DNA from: Thermoplasmata archaeon | GTDB lineage: Archaea; Thermoplasmatota; Thermoplasmata; Lutacidiplasmatales; UBA184 | Assembly (NCBI GenBank): GCA_049802875.1 | Contig: JBARNH010000048.1 | Span: 64,551 to 128,550, forward strand | DNA: 64,000 nt | Direction of reading: 5' to 3' | In this document: positions 18,790-27,730 of the stretch, one piece after another | How the letters are laid out: the number at the start of each line of letters is the position of its first letter | Numbering within the stretch: the first letter of the stretch is position 1 | Notes under the pieces: generated by a model | What the model was told of the DNA's origin: nothing | The model's input: only the letters and a program-made list of their open reading frames with translations | Databases searched by the model: none | Position numbers and translations under genes: made by a program

Positions 18790-20025
18790 ATGAGCTCGAC
18801 ATCTGGGTCCCCCGGAACGCGCTACCGATCCGTCCTCCGCAATCGCCAATTCCTGATCTTTCTGGCGTCGTCCAACGCCTCCACGGTCGGTTACGCCGTC
18901 TACACGATCTCGGTAGTTTGGCTCGCCTACACGATCTCCCACAACTTCCTCGACGTGGGCGCCGTTCTCTTCCTCGAATACGCCTGCTACACCGCCACCT
19001 TCCTCATCGGGCCGATCGTCGACCGGGCGCGGAATCAGCGCACGATCTTCCTCCTCTCGTATCCCGTTCAAGCGGCGGCCGCTGCCGCAATCGGGCTCGG
19101 AGTCCTTGACGGATTTCTTTCGATCGGGCTTCTGTTCGCGCTGGTCGTACTCATCTCGATTCTCTGGGATGCCACCTGGGCCGCAATCAACGCCGCCCCC
19201 GGTGTGCTCCTCACCGCTGACGAGCAGTTCGCCGCTTCGGGAGTCACTGGAGCGGTCGGGGGCGTCCTCACGATCGTAGGATATGCCCTCGGCGGTGTCC
19301 TGATCCTGGTCGTCGGGCCCGAGGGGGGGATGTTCCTGTATGCCGCCCTACTCGGAGCCGGAGCGGTGTTCGCACTGCCCCTCGTTATCACGCCCCCCGC
19401 AGGCTCGGAAGCGTCGTTCGCCGAGAGCTTTCGGGAGGGCTGGAAGCTGGTGGTCTCGGGAGCAGGTCGACCGCTTCTCCAACTCGCCTCGGTCGACTCG
19501 GTCCAAGGGTTCCTCGCCGCGGCGTCCCCGATCCTCATCACCCTCATCGCCGCAGAGACCTATCACGGGTCAGCGAGCAGCTACGGCGTACTATTCACCG
19601 CATTCGTGATCGGCGGCGTCGCCGCCGGGCTCGGACTGGGGCACTGGAATCCCCGGGGGAAGGTCGGTCTGGTCATGGCCGGGGCACTGGCGGCGAGCGG
19701 GGCCGCGTACCTCCTCGCCGTCGCGCTCCCGTCGTTCCTGCTGCTCGGCGCGGGCGCCTGGTTCCTCGTGGGGTTCGCCTCTGCCGCGTACCTCGACGCG
19801 AAGTACGTGTTCTTCCGGGGCGCGGCGGCGCCGGAGAAGCTCGGTCGGCTCGTGTCCAACATGTACCTATTTCCCGGGATCACGAGCACCGTCGGTGCGC
19901 TCGTCCTCAGCGCCGTCGCGACCGGAGGCGCGCCGGTCGAACTGGGGGCAATCGTTGGCTTCGGTCTGGTTGGCGCGGGCATCCTCGGGCTCATCCTGCC
20001 GGGAGTTCGGCGGATGCGCTACTGA
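18790..20025 (+). CDS. MFS transporter (12-TM)
   Basis: 12 hydrophobic helices with MFS-like loop motifs. Confidence 0.85.
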   Translation: MSSTSGSPGTRYRSVLRNRQFLIFLASSNASTVGYAVYTISVVWLAYTISHNFLDVGAVLFLEYACYTATFLIGPIVDRARNQRTIFLLSYPVQAAAAAAIGLGVLDGFLSIGLLFALVVLISILWDATWAAINAAPGVLLTADEQFAASGVTGAVGGVLTIVGYALGGVLILVVGPEGGMFLYAALLGAGAVFALPLVITPPAGSEASFAESFREGWKLVVSGAGRPLLQLASVDSVQGFLAAASPILITLIAAETYHGSASSYGVLFTAFVIGGVAAGLGLGHWNPRGKVGLVMAGALAASGAAYLLAVALPSFLLLGAGAWFLVGFASAAYLDAKYVFFRGAAAPEKLGRLVSNMYLFPGITSTVGALVLSAVATGGAPVELGAIVGFGLVGAGILGLILPGVRRMRY

Positions 20026-20055
20026 AGGTGCCGAGCGGGCGAGACAGCGGAGGGA

Positions 20056-20218
20056 TGGGAGCAGGGGGATTTGAACCCCCATATGCGGGTCTCTCCGCGC
20101 GCTCCAGTCAATCGTCACGGGAACGCGGGGTGCGTTCCTCTGCAGACCCTATTCACAGGACGCGGATGCCCGCGTCCTGACTGGAGCCCGCTGGTCTGCC
20201 AAGTTAGCCTATGCTCCC
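20056..20218 (-). tRNA. tRNA-Trp (anticodon CCA) with a ~90-nt intron at the canonical 37/38 site
   Basis: Exon 1 (20181..20218): GGGAGCAUAGGCUAACUUGGCAGACCAGCGGGCUCCAG. Exon 2 (20056..20090): ACCCGCAUAUGGGGGUUCAAAUCCCCCUGCUCCCA. The acceptor, anticodon stem (GCGGG/CCCGC) and T-arm all pair. The intervening 90 nt sit right after position 37. Confidence 0.85.
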
Positions 20219-20335
20219 TCCGAACGGACTGGGAGTGCCGGATGAGATAGCCTTTTTCGTGACCTCATCAAGCGGCGCCGGGACGCGCCCCTCGCCACGG
20301 AACCCTTATGTGAAAGTATGTTTGCCTGAAATCCA

Positions 20336-21421
20336 ATGGCGTTGAATCCCCCGCCCTCCCCGCCGGTCGTCCCCCCGCGGACGATCTCCGCCACGATGCT
20401 CGTCGTGGCTCTCCTCATCACCGCGGGCATCGCGGTCGGCGGGACCGCCGCCTACTTCGAGTTGAATCCCGCCAAGACACCGGCAGCGCCCGGTGTCGGC
20501 ACCAACCGAACCACGGTCGTGGACGACCTGGGCCGCTCCGTGAGCGCGCCGGTCAACGCGTCGCGCATTGTCGTCCTCTCGCCAAGCATCATGGACATCG
20601 TCTACCGGCTCGGCCTGGGCGCCCACGTGGTTGGGGTCGGGTGCACTACCTCGATCACGGGTGGCATCTTCAACGAGTACACACCCAATCAGACCGCACT
20701 CTGGGGGCTGACCAACGCCTCGTGCGTCACGGACTACCCGTCACTGAACACTGCGGGCGTCGCGCTCCTGCTTCCTCAGCTCGTGCTCGCTTCCACGATC
20801 ACGTCGGTAACGGACGTGCAGACGCTCACCCAGACCTACGGGATTCCGGTCGTGATCCTGGCTCCTTCGACTCTGGAAGGGATTGTGCGGGACGTACAGC
20901 TCGTCTCGCAGATGTTCCCGTACACCGCTTCCCCCGCCCTCTCGCTCGAGTCGGCGCTGGAGGTGACCCTCGCCAACGCCACGTCCTTCGACACGAACCT
21001 CTCTAACGACAACGTGACGAACCCGAGCGTCCTCCTCAGCTACTACTTCTACACCGGGGAGTACTATACGTATGGACCCGGGACGTTCGGCCAGTCGCTC
21101 CTCGACCTCGCGGGGGGCTCGAGCATCTCCGCCGGCCTGCCACTACAGTACGAGGGCTTGAACGCGTCATCGGTCCTCCTCGACCAGCCCGACGTGATTC
21201 TGTATGGAACGAGCTGGAACGACCCCTACATCGTCTCCGGAGAGACTCCGGCCGCTTGGGCGTCAGGAGCATCGTACTGGGGTCAGTTGAACGGGACGAA
21301 GATCGCGGTCGACATCGCGCTCGTCAGTGAAGCGGACCCGACGATGATCCTCGCCCTGCCGTGGTTCCTCTACTGGCTCCACCCCACGCTCTACTCGATG
21401 CCGTCACAGCCTCCCCCGTGA
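20336..21421 (+). CDS. ABC transporter substrate-binding protein (Fe3+-siderophore/cobalamin, TroA/BtuF-like) with N-terminal TM anchor
   Basis: An N-terminal Pro-rich TM segment followed by a periplasmic-binding-protein class III pattern (…IVVLSPSIMDIVYRLGLGAHVVGV…). It is first in an operon with a FecCD permease and an ATPase. Confidence 0.8.
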   Translation: MALNPPPSPPVVPPRTISATMLVVALLITAGIAVGGTAAYFELNPAKTPAAPGVGTNRTTVVDDLGRSVSAPVNASRIVVLSPSIMDIVYRLGLGAHVVGVGCTTSITGGIFNEYTPNQTALWGLTNASCVTDYPSLNTAGVALLLPQLVLASTITSVTDVQTLTQTYGIPVVILAPSTLEGIVRDVQLVSQMFPYTASPALSLESALEVTLANATSFDTNLSNDNVTNPSVLLSYYFYTGEYYTYGPGTFGQSLLDLAGGSSISAGLPLQYEGLNASSVLLDQPDVILYGTSWNDPYIVSGETPAAWASGASYWGQLNGTKIAVDIALVSEADPTMILALPWFLYWLHPTLYSMPSQPPP

Positions 21422-21431
21422 TCCGGCGCCG

Positions 21432-22535
21432 ATGGCGGGACCGGTCGCGGCCGGCGCCGACGCTGCGCCCGGAGTTCCGAGGAGCGGGCGCCTACCTCCC
21501 GCTTTAGTCGCAGCCGTTCTCCTCTTGGGGATCGCTGGCTTGGTGGCCGGCTCCGCCCTTATCGGGGGCAATTGGTTGCCCCCCGCCGGCGTCTTCGGAA
21601 TCCTCCTGCACCAGATCACCCAGGGCACACTGGGAACCGCCTGCGGCGGCGCGGCGCCCAGCCCGGCCATCTGCACGGTCTGGACCGAGGTCGTCTGGGA
21701 CGCACGGATCCCGACTATCCTCGTCGCGCTCCTCTGCGGCGCGGCGCTCGCGCTTTCGGGCGGGACACTGCAGGGGACGTTTCGCAACCCCCTCTGCGAC
21801 CCGTTCCTCCTCGGCCTCTCGTCTGGCGCGGCGATGGGCACGTCGATCCTGTTCACGTTTCAGATCGCGCTCGCGGACCAGGCGACCCTTTTGCCGGTGT
21901 TCGCATTCCTCGGTGCCCTCGTTCCCGGGTTGATCGTCTACGCGGCCGCGCGCCGCACCATGCGCACCCCGGAGGCACTCGTCCTGACCGGCGTCGCCCT
22001 CAGCGCACTGTTCTCCGCCGTGCTCGCGACCTTCCTCTTCATCAACCCGGCGGGCAGCATCCAGGTCAGCTTCTGGCTGCTCGGCAACCTTCAGGGCGAG
22101 ACATGGGACCGGGTAGGCATCCTCGCCGCGGTGCTCCTTGTCGCGGGCTCGATCCTCGCCCTCTACGGCCGCGAGCTCAACGTGCTGCAACTTGGGCCGG
22201 AAGCGGCGGAGAGCGTGGGAGTCGGCGCGCAGCGGACGACGCGGCGCCTGGTCCTGCTCTCCACCGTCATCACCGCGGTTGCGGTCGCCTTCACCGGCGT
22301 GATCGGCTTCGTCGGGCTGGTTTCGCCGCACGTGATCCGGCTTCTGGTCGGGCCGGATTACCGGCGGGTGCTGCCACTGGCGGCGTTGTTCGGGGGGTTC
22401 TTTCTCCTCGGGGCGTCCGACCTCGCTCAGGAGATCCTGCCCCAGGTGTTCTTGCCGGTTGGCATCCCCACGTCGATCGTGGGGGTGCCGTTCTTTCTGT
22501 ACCTCCTTTACCGCCGGAGGCCGGGGGTCGTGTGA
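21432..22535 (+). CDS. FecCD-family iron-chelate/cobalamin ABC transporter permease
   Basis: The 10-TM BtuC/FecCD fold pattern. The stop overlaps the ATPase start (GTGTGA). Confidence 0.9.
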   Translation: MAGPVAAGADAAPGVPRSGRLPPALVAAVLLLGIAGLVAGSALIGGNWLPPAGVFGILLHQITQGTLGTACGGAAPSPAICTVWTEVVWDARIPTILVALLCGAALALSGGTLQGTFRNPLCDPFLLGLSSGAAMGTSILFTFQIALADQATLLPVFAFLGALVPGLIVYAAARRTMRTPEALVLTGVALSALFSAVLATFLFINPAGSIQVSFWLLGNLQGETWDRVGILAAVLLVAGSILALYGRELNVLQLGPEAAESVGVGAQRTTRRLVLLSTVITAVAVAFTGVIGFVGLVSPHVIRLLVGPDYRRVLPLAALFGGFFLLGASDLAQEILPQVFLPVGIPTSIVGVPFFLYLLYRRRPGVV

Positions 22536-23845
22536 TCGAGGCCGCACCGGCCGCGCTCTCTATCGACGAACTCACCGTTCGCTACGGCGACCGGGTAGCG
22601 GTGCGGGAAGTGTCGTTCGCGGTCCGGGTGGGTGAGGTCGTCGCCCTCGCCGGGCCGAACGGGTCCGGGAAGTCCACCCTGCTTCGCTCCGCCGTCACCA
22701 CGCTCCCCGGCACCGAGGGCACCGTTCGTGTCGAGGGGCGTAGTCTAAGCCCCCTCTCCTCGGTCGAGCGGGCGCGCCACGTAGCGTGGATGCCGCAGGA
22801 GGAGCCCCCGGGCGACAATGTCCCCCTCCGCGACTACGTCGAATACGGTCGCTACGCCTATCTGTCACGCTGGTCCCCCTCCTCCGCCGCTGACCGGAAG
22901 TTGGTCGCTTGGGCGCTCGAGGAAGTCGATCTCACCGGGTTCGCCGACCGCGGAGTGCTCGAACTGAGCGGCGGGGAGCGGCAGAGAGCGCGGCTCGCAC
23001 GGGTGCTCGCGCAGGACGCTCCGGTGCTGCTGCTCGACGAACCCACCGCGCACCTCGACGTGGGTCACCAGCTCGACGTGCTCGAGCGGGTTCGAAGGTA
23101 CGCCCACGCCCGGCAACGCGCCGTCCTCCTCGCGTTGCACGACCTCAATCTCGCCGCACGCTTCTCCGATCGGGTCGTCGTGCTCTCGCACGGACGGCTA
23201 CGAGCCGAGGGGGCCGCGACCGGGGTACTCTCTCCCGAGTTGCTCGCCGAGGTGTGGGGAATCGTGGCAGAGATGCGACGGGACGCCGCCAGCGGACTTC
23301 CGTACCTCATTCCCCGGCTACCGCCCGGGCCGTCGCCGGAGCCGGCGGCCGTGCGTCGTTCGTTCCGGGTACATGTTGTCGCTGGCGGCGGTTCGGGCGC
23401 CGCCACCCTCCGCGCCGCCGTAGACCGGGGCTGGCAGGTGTCGGCGGGTGTCCTTCCGCTGTTCGACACGGACTCCGAGCTGACCCGAGATCTCGGAGTG
23501 CCCGCGGCGTTCGAGGTCCCGTTCGCGCCGATCAGTGACGACGCGCTGGCGCGGCTCGACGCCCTGCTCGAGGCCGCCGACGCGATCGTCGTCGCTCCGT
23601 TCCCTGTCGGGCCGAGCAACCTGGCGAATCTCGAGCATCTGGCCGCTTGGGTCGGTCGAAGACCGATCGTGCTCGTGGACCCACCGACCGGCGTTCCGTG
23701 GGACTACGCGGCCGGACGCGCGCAGTCGGCGCGGGCGCGTCTCCTCGAGGGAGGGGCGGAGCGGGTCTCCGACCCGACCGAGGCGATCCGTTGGCTCGAG
23801 CGGCGGTCAGCCCGAGGCGCGGCGACCTTTCCCGACCGCCGGTAG
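22532..23845 (+). CDS. ABC transporter ATP-binding protein (FecE/BtuD-like) fused to a ~200-aa C-terminal Rossmann-like domain of unknown function
   Basis: Walker A GPNGSGKST, signature LSGGERQR, Walker B LLLDEPTAHLD, H-loop LALHDL. About 200 extra residues follow (…RVHVVAGGGSGAATL…AIVVAPFPVG…PIVLVDPP…). The start is GTG 22532; the listed ORF 21572.. is an upstream shadow extension. Confidence 0.85.
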   Translation: MIEAAPAALSIDELTVRYGDRVAVREVSFAVRVGEVVALAGPNGSGKSTLLRSAVTTLPGTEGTVRVEGRSLSPLSSVERARHVAWMPQEEPPGDNVPLRDYVEYGRYAYLSRWSPSSAADRKLVAWALEEVDLTGFADRGVLELSGGERQRARLARVLAQDAPVLLLDEPTAHLDVGHQLDVLERVRRYAHARQRAVLLALHDLNLAARFSDRVVVLSHGRLRAEGAATGVLSPELLAEVWGIVAEMRRDAASGLPYLIPRLPPGPSPEPAAVRRSFRVHVVAGGGSGAATLRAAVDRGWQVSAGVLPLFDTDSELTRDLGVPAAFEVPFAPISDDALARLDALLEAADAIVVAPFPVGPSNLANLEHLAAWVGRRPIVLVDPPTGVPWDYAAGRAQSARARLLEGGAERVSDPTEAIRWLERRSARGAATFPDRR

Positions 23846-24655
23846 GGAGAGATACTCGATCGACGGTCCGCGCGTGCTCTCGAGCTGGTGCAGCAGCCGG
23901 GGAAGGTCGCGGTCGGTGGTGACCAGAGTGCAGTCGATACCCAGCGAAGTCGCCTCGGTTACCGCGGCGGCGACCCCGAATCGAACGATCGAACGCCCCG
24001 GCAGCGCCCGCCCCAGCGTATGGTACGCTTCGGGGCCGTGCGCGGCGAGGAGGCCCGCGGAATGCGTACGCAGGACCCTCGCCAGGTCGCGGGGCAGTGC
24101 GGGGTCGCCGAGTCGACCCGACGGAAGAACGACCAGACGGACCGCTCCCGAGACTAGCGGCACGATCCCCTCGAGGTCGGTGACCTCCACGAGGTCGCCC
24201 GTCCGCGCGTGGCGACGGGCGAGCCCCCGCGAGGCGCCCCGGGTCCCCGGTCGGGCGGACAACGTGCCGTCGACGAGCGAGAGGACGACCGGCGCGCCCG
24301 GGCGGATCGGCTCGGCGGCCACCGCATACGCGGTCCGTACGATGTGGAGCCGCTCGAGCCGTTCGCGCAGGTCCTCCTCGGCCCCGCCGAGCGCCGCGTG
24401 CATCCACGCGACCCCGGCGACCGTGGGCCGGTAGCGTCCGTCGCGGAGCTCGACAAGTCCGCGCCGAGCGAGGCTACGAAACGTGTGGGACGCGGCCTGC
24501 ACGGTGAGCCCGAGCGGCTCCGCGATCGCGCGGAGCTGGCCCACCGGTCGTGTGGTGCACTCGTAGAGGAACAGCAGGTCGCTCACCGCCCCGATGCGTC
24601 GCAGGGCCTCGAGCCCGCTCGCGCCCGGCGCCGGCGCACGACGCGAGTGGTTCAC
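23807..24655 (-). CDS. Putative winged-HTH transcriptional regulator with C-terminal domain of unknown function
   Basis: A 282-aa protein-like ORF with an N-terminal wHTH-like segment (…LGLTVQAASHTFRSLARRGLVELRDGRY…). It is convergent with the ABC ATPase and overlaps its 3' end by ~39 nt. Confidence 0.5.
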   Translation of the reverse strand: MNHSRRAPAPGASGLEALRRIGAVSDLLFLYECTTRPVGQLRAIAEPLGLTVQAASHTFRSLARRGLVELRDGRYRPTVAGVAWMHAALGGAEEDLRERLERLHIVRTAYAVAAEPIRPGAPVVLSLVDGTLSARPGTRGASRGLARRHARTGDLVEVTDLEGIVPLVSGAVRLVVLPSGRLGDPALPRDLARVLRTHSAGLLAAHGPEAYHTLGRALPGRSIVRFGVAAAVTEATSLGIDCTLVTTDRDLPRLLHQLESTRGPSIEYLSLPAVGKGRRASG

Positions 24656-24711
24656 GCCGCCGGGAGACGACGTCCCCTACAAGACGGCGTCCCTCGGCCG
24701 TCCGGCGCGAT

Positions 24712-26748
24712 TCACGAAGCCGCGAGCCGGGCCCGCGTCTCCTCGGCGTTCCGGCGGATCTCACGGAGCCGATCGCGGATCCGTGCTGCCTCCTCGAAGT
24801 CGAGCCGCTCGGCCGCGAGGCGCATCTCCTCTTCGAGGTTGGCGAGAAGGAGGGGCATCCGTTCCTTCCACTTCTTCCCGAGACCCGACACGGAGAGCCC
24901 ACCGGAGGCCGCCGCCTCCTCGGGAGCGAGGAGGGAACGCACCTCTTTGACCACGGTCTCGGGCACGATTCCGTGCTCGGCATTGAAGGCGACCTGCGTT
25001 GCTCGGCGCCGGGACATCTCGGCGATCGCACGCTCCATCGAACCGGTCGTACGGTCCGCGTAGAGGACGACCTTCCCGTCGAGGTTGCGGCTCGCACGGC
25101 CGGCGGTCTGCACGATCGAAGTCTCGCTCCGCAGGTACCCCTCCTTGTCGGCGTCCAGGATGGCGACGAAGCTGACCTCGGGGAGGTCGAGCCCTTCCCG
25201 AAGCAGATTGATCCCGACGAGCACGTCGAATCGACCGATCCGCAGATCGCGCAGGATCTCGACCCGCTTCAGGGTCTCGACCTCCGAGTGGAGGTAGCGG
25301 ACCTTGAGTCCCTGGTTCGCGAGGTAGTTCGCGAGCTCCTCCGAGGTCGCCTTGGTCAGCGTGGTGACGAGCGCCCGGTCACCCCGCGCGATGCACGCGC
25401 GGAGCTCGACGATCAGGTCGGCGATGTGCCCTTTGAGCGGACGCACCTCGATCGGGGGGTCGACGAGCCCCGTCGGTCGGATGATCTGCTCGACCAGCCC
25501 TTTCGAGGCCTTGCGCTCGAACGGCCCGGGGGTCGCCGAGACGAAGACCAGCTCCGGCACATGTTCGAGGAACTCGGGGAACTTGAGCGGGCGATTGTCG
25601 CGACACGACGGAAGGCGCCAGCCGAACTCCACGAGGTTGTCCTTGCGGCTGCGGTCTCCCTTGTACATCCCCTGGAGCTGGGGGACCGTGACGTGGGACT
25701 CGTCCAAGAAAACGAGCAGGTCGTCCGGGAAGAAATCCATCAGCGTATAGGGGGGTTCGCCCGGCTTACGACCTGAGAAGTACCGGGCGTAGTTCTCGAT
25801 GCCGGAGCAGAAGCCGGTCTCCTGGATCATCTCGAGGTCGTACTCTACCCGGCCCTGGAGCCGCTGCGCCTCCACGATCTTCTCCGACTGCCGGAGTTCC
25901 CGGACCCGAGCCTCCTTCTCCTTCTGGATCTCCGCCAGCACCCCGCGCACGCGGTCGTCGACCGTGAGGAAGTGGGTGGCGGGGAAGATGGAGAGCTCGT
26001 GCAGCTCGCGGACCTCCTCCTGCGTGACCGGATCGAGTTCCGCGATCGCGCCGACGGTGCTCCCGTCGAGCACGATACGATGAACGCTTTCCCCGGCCCC
26101 CATCACGTCGATCGTGCCACCGCGAACGCGGAAGCGGCCCCGCTTCAGCTCGATGTCGTTCCGCTGGTACTTCATGCGGACGAGGTGCTCGAGCAGCGAT
26201 TGGCGGCCGATCGACTGGCCGACCCGGAGTTCGACGACCGATGCCCGGTAATCCTCCGGTGACCCCAATCCGTAGATGCAGCTGACCGAGGCGACGATCA
26301 GAACGTCCCGGCGGGTCAGCAGGGCCTGGGTCGCCCGGTGACGCAGTCGATCGATCTCTTCGTTGATCGTCGCGTCCTTCTCGATGTAGAGATCGATCTG
26401 GGGAACGTACGCCTCCGGTTGGTAGTAGTCGTAGTAGCTCACGAAATACTCGACCGCGTTGTGGGGGAACAACGCCCGGAACTCGCTCACCAGCTGCGCG
26501 GCGAGCGTCTTGTTCGGGCTGACCACGAGCGTCGGCCGCTGAAGGCGTGCGACCGTGTGGGCCATGGTGAACGTCTTCCCACTGCCGGTCACGCCGAGCA
26601 GAGTCACGTACTTCTCGCCCCGCTCGATGCGTCGCACGATCTCTTCGATGGCCTTCGGCTGATCGCCCTGCGGAAGGAGGTCAGTCTCGAGCTGAAAGCG
26701 GCCGGGGAGTCCGTGCACCCCGGGGGCGCTGGGTGGAGTCGGCGTCAT
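24712..26748 (-). CDS. uvrB: Excinuclease ABC subunit B (UvrB)
   Basis: Full-length UvrB: helicase motifs GVTGSGKT, DESH, the beta-hairpin region and the C-terminal UvrB/UvrC-interaction helix (…FEEAARIRDRLREI…). The start is taken at MTPTPPSAPG, which overlaps the upstream gene's stop as ATGA. Confidence 0.95.
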   Translation of the reverse strand: MTPTPPSAPGVHGLPGRFQLETDLLPQGDQPKAIEEIVRRIERGEKYVTLLGVTGSGKTFTMAHTVARLQRPTLVVSPNKTLAAQLVSEFRALFPHNAVEYFVSYYDYYQPEAYVPQIDLYIEKDATINEEIDRLRHRATQALLTRRDVLIVASVSCIYGLGSPEDYRASVVELRVGQSIGRQSLLEHLVRMKYQRNDIELKRGRFRVRGGTIDVMGAGESVHRIVLDGSTVGAIAELDPVTQEEVRELHELSIFPATHFLTVDDRVRGVLAEIQKEKEARVRELRQSEKIVEAQRLQGRVEYDLEMIQETGFCSGIENYARYFSGRKPGEPPYTLMDFFPDDLLVFLDESHVTVPQLQGMYKGDRSRKDNLVEFGWRLPSCRDNRPLKFPEFLEHVPELVFVSATPGPFERKASKGLVEQIIRPTGLVDPPIEVRPLKGHIADLIVELRACIARGDRALVTTLTKATSEELANYLANQGLKVRYLHSEVETLKRVEILRDLRIGRFDVLVGINLLREGLDLPEVSFVAILDADKEGYLRSETSIVQTAGRASRNLDGKVVLYADRTTGSMERAIAEMSRRRATQVAFNAEHGIVPETVVKEVRSLLAPEEAAASGGLSVSGLGKKWKERMPLLLANLEEEMRLAAERLDFEEAARIRDRLREIRRNAEETRARLAAS

Positions 26749-27632
26749 CGTTCTCCGCGCTCCGAAGGTCCGCCTCGCCCGTATCCGAACGGGTCGATCT
26801 CGACCGGATCGAATCCCAACTCGTTGAGCCGGTGACGGACCTCCGATGCGAGCGGCTCCGCCCGAAGCCGCGCGACCTCGTCCGGGTCCACCTCGACCCG
26901 AGCGGCCCGGGCCCGGGTCCGAACCCGGACCCTTCGGAATCCCCGGGCCAGTATCCAAGACTCGCTCGATTCGATCCGAGAGAGCAGCTCGGCGGAGATC
27001 GGGTCACCGTGCGCGACCCGCGAAGAGAGGCAGGCGTCCGACGGCTGGTCCCAGTTCGGGAGCCGTCGCTCGTGGGCGGCCTCTCGCACCTTGCGCTTGC
27101 TCCATCCCGCCCACGCGAGGGGGTGGTCGAATCCCGCTTCGTCCATCGCGCGGATCCCGGGACGGTCGTCCGAGAGATCGTCCCGGTGAATCCCGTCCAG
27201 ATACTGTACGATCCCCCGCCGGGTTCCCTCCCGAATGAGCGCTTCAGTCTCGACCGTTCGACAGAAGTAACAGCGGCGAGGAGTGTTCGCTCGATACTCG
27301 GCTCGCTGGAGCGGATCGACCTCGATGACGATGTGTTCGATCCCGATGGCCCGAGCTACGTGACGAGCGCGGTCCACTTCGGACCGGGCGACCGCCGGTC
27401 CCGCCAGGGTCACCGCGAGGCAGTCGGGGCCGAGCGCCTCCCGCGCCAAGGCCGCCACCAACGACGAGTCCACCCCGCCGGAGAGCGCAATCAGCGCCGT
27501 TCCGCGGGCGGAGAGGCGACGTACGATGTCCCCCTCCGTACCGGGGTCCGCGGTTGGAGTGTCGGAGCGGTCCATAGAAGGCTCTTTGGAAGGGTGCTTG
27601 CGCCTAAACGGTTTGGCATGCCCGGCCGCCAC
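26745..27632 (-). CDS. PP-loop ATP pyrophosphatase of the LarE/TIGR00268 family (sacrificial sulfur-transferase-like)
   Basis: PP-loop SGGVDSS, the conserved …CYFCR… segment, and adenine-nucleotide alpha-hydrolase fold length. An alternative start is MDRSD at ~27575. Confidence 0.8.
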   Translation of the reverse strand: MAAGHAKPFRRKHPSKEPSMDRSDTPTADPGTEGDIVRRLSARGTALIALSGGVDSSLVAALAREALGPDCLAVTLAGPAVARSEVDRARHVARAIGIEHIVIEVDPLQRAEYRANTPRRCYFCRTVETEALIREGTRRGIVQYLDGIHRDDLSDDRPGIRAMDEAGFDHPLAWAGWSKRKVREAAHERRLPNWDQPSDACLSSRVAHGDPISAELLSRIESSESWILARGFRRVRVRTRARAARVEVDPDEVARLRAEPLASEVRHRLNELGFDPVEIDPFGYGRGGPSERGER

Positions 27633-27730
27633 CGGGAGGCAGACGAGCGCCCGGAAATCGGACCCCCTCTGCTCTCGCGACCGTCGCCGCAGAGCAAAGT
27701 CACTTAGCAGGAGGTGCTCTCGGCCAGCCG

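Noticed and set aside
21572-22531. Upstream 320 codons of the 757-aa ORF containing the ABC ATPase
   Set aside because: It is out of frame with and overlaps the FecCD permease gene. The ATPase homology and a GTG overlapping the permease stop begin at 22532.
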